This document shows positions 5,268-5,921 of a DNA stretch of 5,921 nucleotides, one piece after another. Source of the DNA: a virus. The stretch spans positions 1 to 5,921 of the IMG/VR virus record IMGVR_UViG_3300045988_005608. One strand, 5' to 3'. Each line of letters starts with the position of its first letter. Position 1 is the stretch's first letter. The translations under genes were made by a program, and so were the position numbers. The notes under the pieces are model-generated. The model did no database searches, was not told the DNA's origin, and worked only from the letters and a program-made list of their open reading frames with translations.

Positions 5268-5297
5268 AAACTCCCGGTTGACACCCGGGAGTTTTTA
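5268..5297 (+). terminator. Rho-independent terminator: 10-bp stem AAACTCCCGG/CCGGGAGTTT, 7-nt loop, T-run.
   Basis: Pairs 5268:5294 through 5277:5285, loop 5278..5284, Ts at 5292..5296. It starts 6 nt after the ORF stop at 5260..5262. Confidence 0.85.
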
Positions 5298-5306
5298 TTA
5301 TATAAT
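5278..5306 (+). promoter_or_regulatory. Promoter P2: perfect consensus TTGACA, 17-nt spacer, TATAAT.
   Basis: TTGACA at 5278..5283, spacer 5284..5300 (17 nt), TATAAT at 5301..5306. It lies about 20 nt upstream of the peptidase ATG (5327), which has the SD AAGGGGGG (5313..5320). Confidence 0.8.
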
Positions 5307-5326
5307 ACAGACAAGGGGGGATAAAC

Positions 5327-5719
5327 ATGATTAAAAGCTATATCATGGACACAGATGGAAACGTAAATCTGGCAAAACACTTCAAAGTAAAAGAATTTGC
5401 TTGCAAAGACGGCAGCCAAGTAGTATTCATAGACGACTACCTATACACCATTCTGGATATCTTACGAAAAAAGCTAGGAAAGCCGGTGATCATCAACAGC
5501 GGATACAGGACACCAGAGTGGAACAAAAAATGCGGTGGAGCAAAATACAGCTATCACATGCGCGGTATGGCAGCAGACATCCGAGTCAATGGCATGAGTG
5601 CAAAAGAGCTTGCCAACAAACTGAATGAAATCGTCCCGGATGAATGCGGCATTATCGTATACAACACCTGGGTGCACTTTGATGTGCGAAGCGGGAAAAA
5701 ATACAGAAAGGGGGTATAA
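5327..5719 (+). CDS. Zinc D,D- or L,D-peptidase of the M15 family (Peptidase_M15A / M15_3-like). Putative endolysin, 130 aa.
   Basis: FKVKEFACKDG...PVIINSGYRTPEWNKKCGGAKYSYHMRGMAADI...WVHFDV matches the SGYR..N/..S.H..G.A.D/..H.D zinc-ligand architecture of M15A cell-wall peptidases. No N-terminal hydrophobic signal is present. Confidence 0.9.
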   Translation: MIKSYIMDTDGNVNLAKHFKVKEFACKDGSQVVFIDDYLYTILDILRKKLGKPVIINSGYRTPEWNKKCGGAKYSYHMRGMAADIRVNGMSAKELANKLNEIVPDECGIIVYNTWVHFDVRSGKKYRKGV

Positions 5720-5720
5720 A

Positions 5721-5843
5721 ATGGCACTGATTTCCATTAAGGACGTCAAGCAAGCAATCCGCATTATGATGCAGATTCTCGAAAAACTCGACGAGATCTA
5801 TCATGCGCTGCACGATAGCATCAACGAAGACAAAAAGGAGTAA
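5721..5843 (+). CDS. Hypothetical 40-aa amphipathic helical peptide (MALISIKDVKQAIRIMMQILEKLDEIYHALHDSINEDKKE). It crosses into the terminal repeat, and its tail is duplicated at 1..21.
   Basis: ATG at 5721 lies 1 nt after the peptidase stop and 6 nt after AAAGGGGG (5707..5714). The track's longer version from 5625 overlaps the peptidase gene out of frame and is unlikely. Confidence 0.5.
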   Translation: MALISIKDVKQAIRIMMQILEKLDEIYHALHDSINEDKKE

Positions 5844-5921
5844 ACCATAATGCACAAAACATGGAATGTACGTGACCAGACCAAAGAAGCAAATTGGAAC
5901 CATGGACGAAACAAAAAAAAG
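5823..5921. repeat. Terminal direct repeat, copy B (identical to 1..99).
   Basis: Exact 99/99 identity with the window start. Confidence 0.95.

Noticed and set aside
5401-5628. 75-aa alternative-frame ORF embedded in the peptidase gene, considered as a phiX E-like overlapping lysis gene.
   Set aside because: It is very basic and hydrophilic with no TM helix and no SD, so it does not resemble an amurin.
1614-5903. All eleven minus-strand ORFs in the track (1614..1847, 1852..2256, 1881..2165, 2578..2955, 2956..3162, 3065..3277, 4211..4555, 5137..5328, 5144..5419, 5474..5764, 5652..5903).
   Set aside because: Each lies antisense within a well-supported + strand gene. All are Cys/Leu/Phe-rich low-complexity translations of the T-rich complement and lack SD sites. 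Microviruses transcribe one strand only.

Overview
The window is a complete circular genome of a gokushovirus-like Microviridae ssDNA phage. Positions 1..99 repeat exactly at 5823..5921, giving a unit length of 5,822 nt. All credible genes lie on the + strand, and nearly all have strong Shine-Dalgarno (SD) sites. The core module, in gokushovirus order, is: a small Arg/Lys-rich J-like DNA-packaging protein (119..241), a VP5-like small protein (262..501), internal scaffold VP3 (494..886), major capsid VP1 (889..2592, GTG start), pilot/minor capsid VP2 (2631..3467) and rolling-circle replication initiator VP4 (3464..4483). The other ~1.4 kb is accessory and is the interesting part. (1) A ~596-nt non-coding region (4484..5079) holds a perfect 13-bp hairpin, a ~45-nt almost pure G/C alternating purine-pyrimidine palindromic block, and eight same-orientation TGTTGAA(A/T) iterons in two clusters around a small hairpin. 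(2) A self-contained promoter-RBS-60-aa ORF-terminator cassette. (3) A perfect consensus promoter nested in that terminator, driving an M15-family zinc peptidoglycan peptidase (5327..5719) and a 40-aa ORF that runs across the circular junction. No holin, tRNA, CRISPR array or integrase is visible. All protein family calls come from motif recognition by eye; no database search was run.
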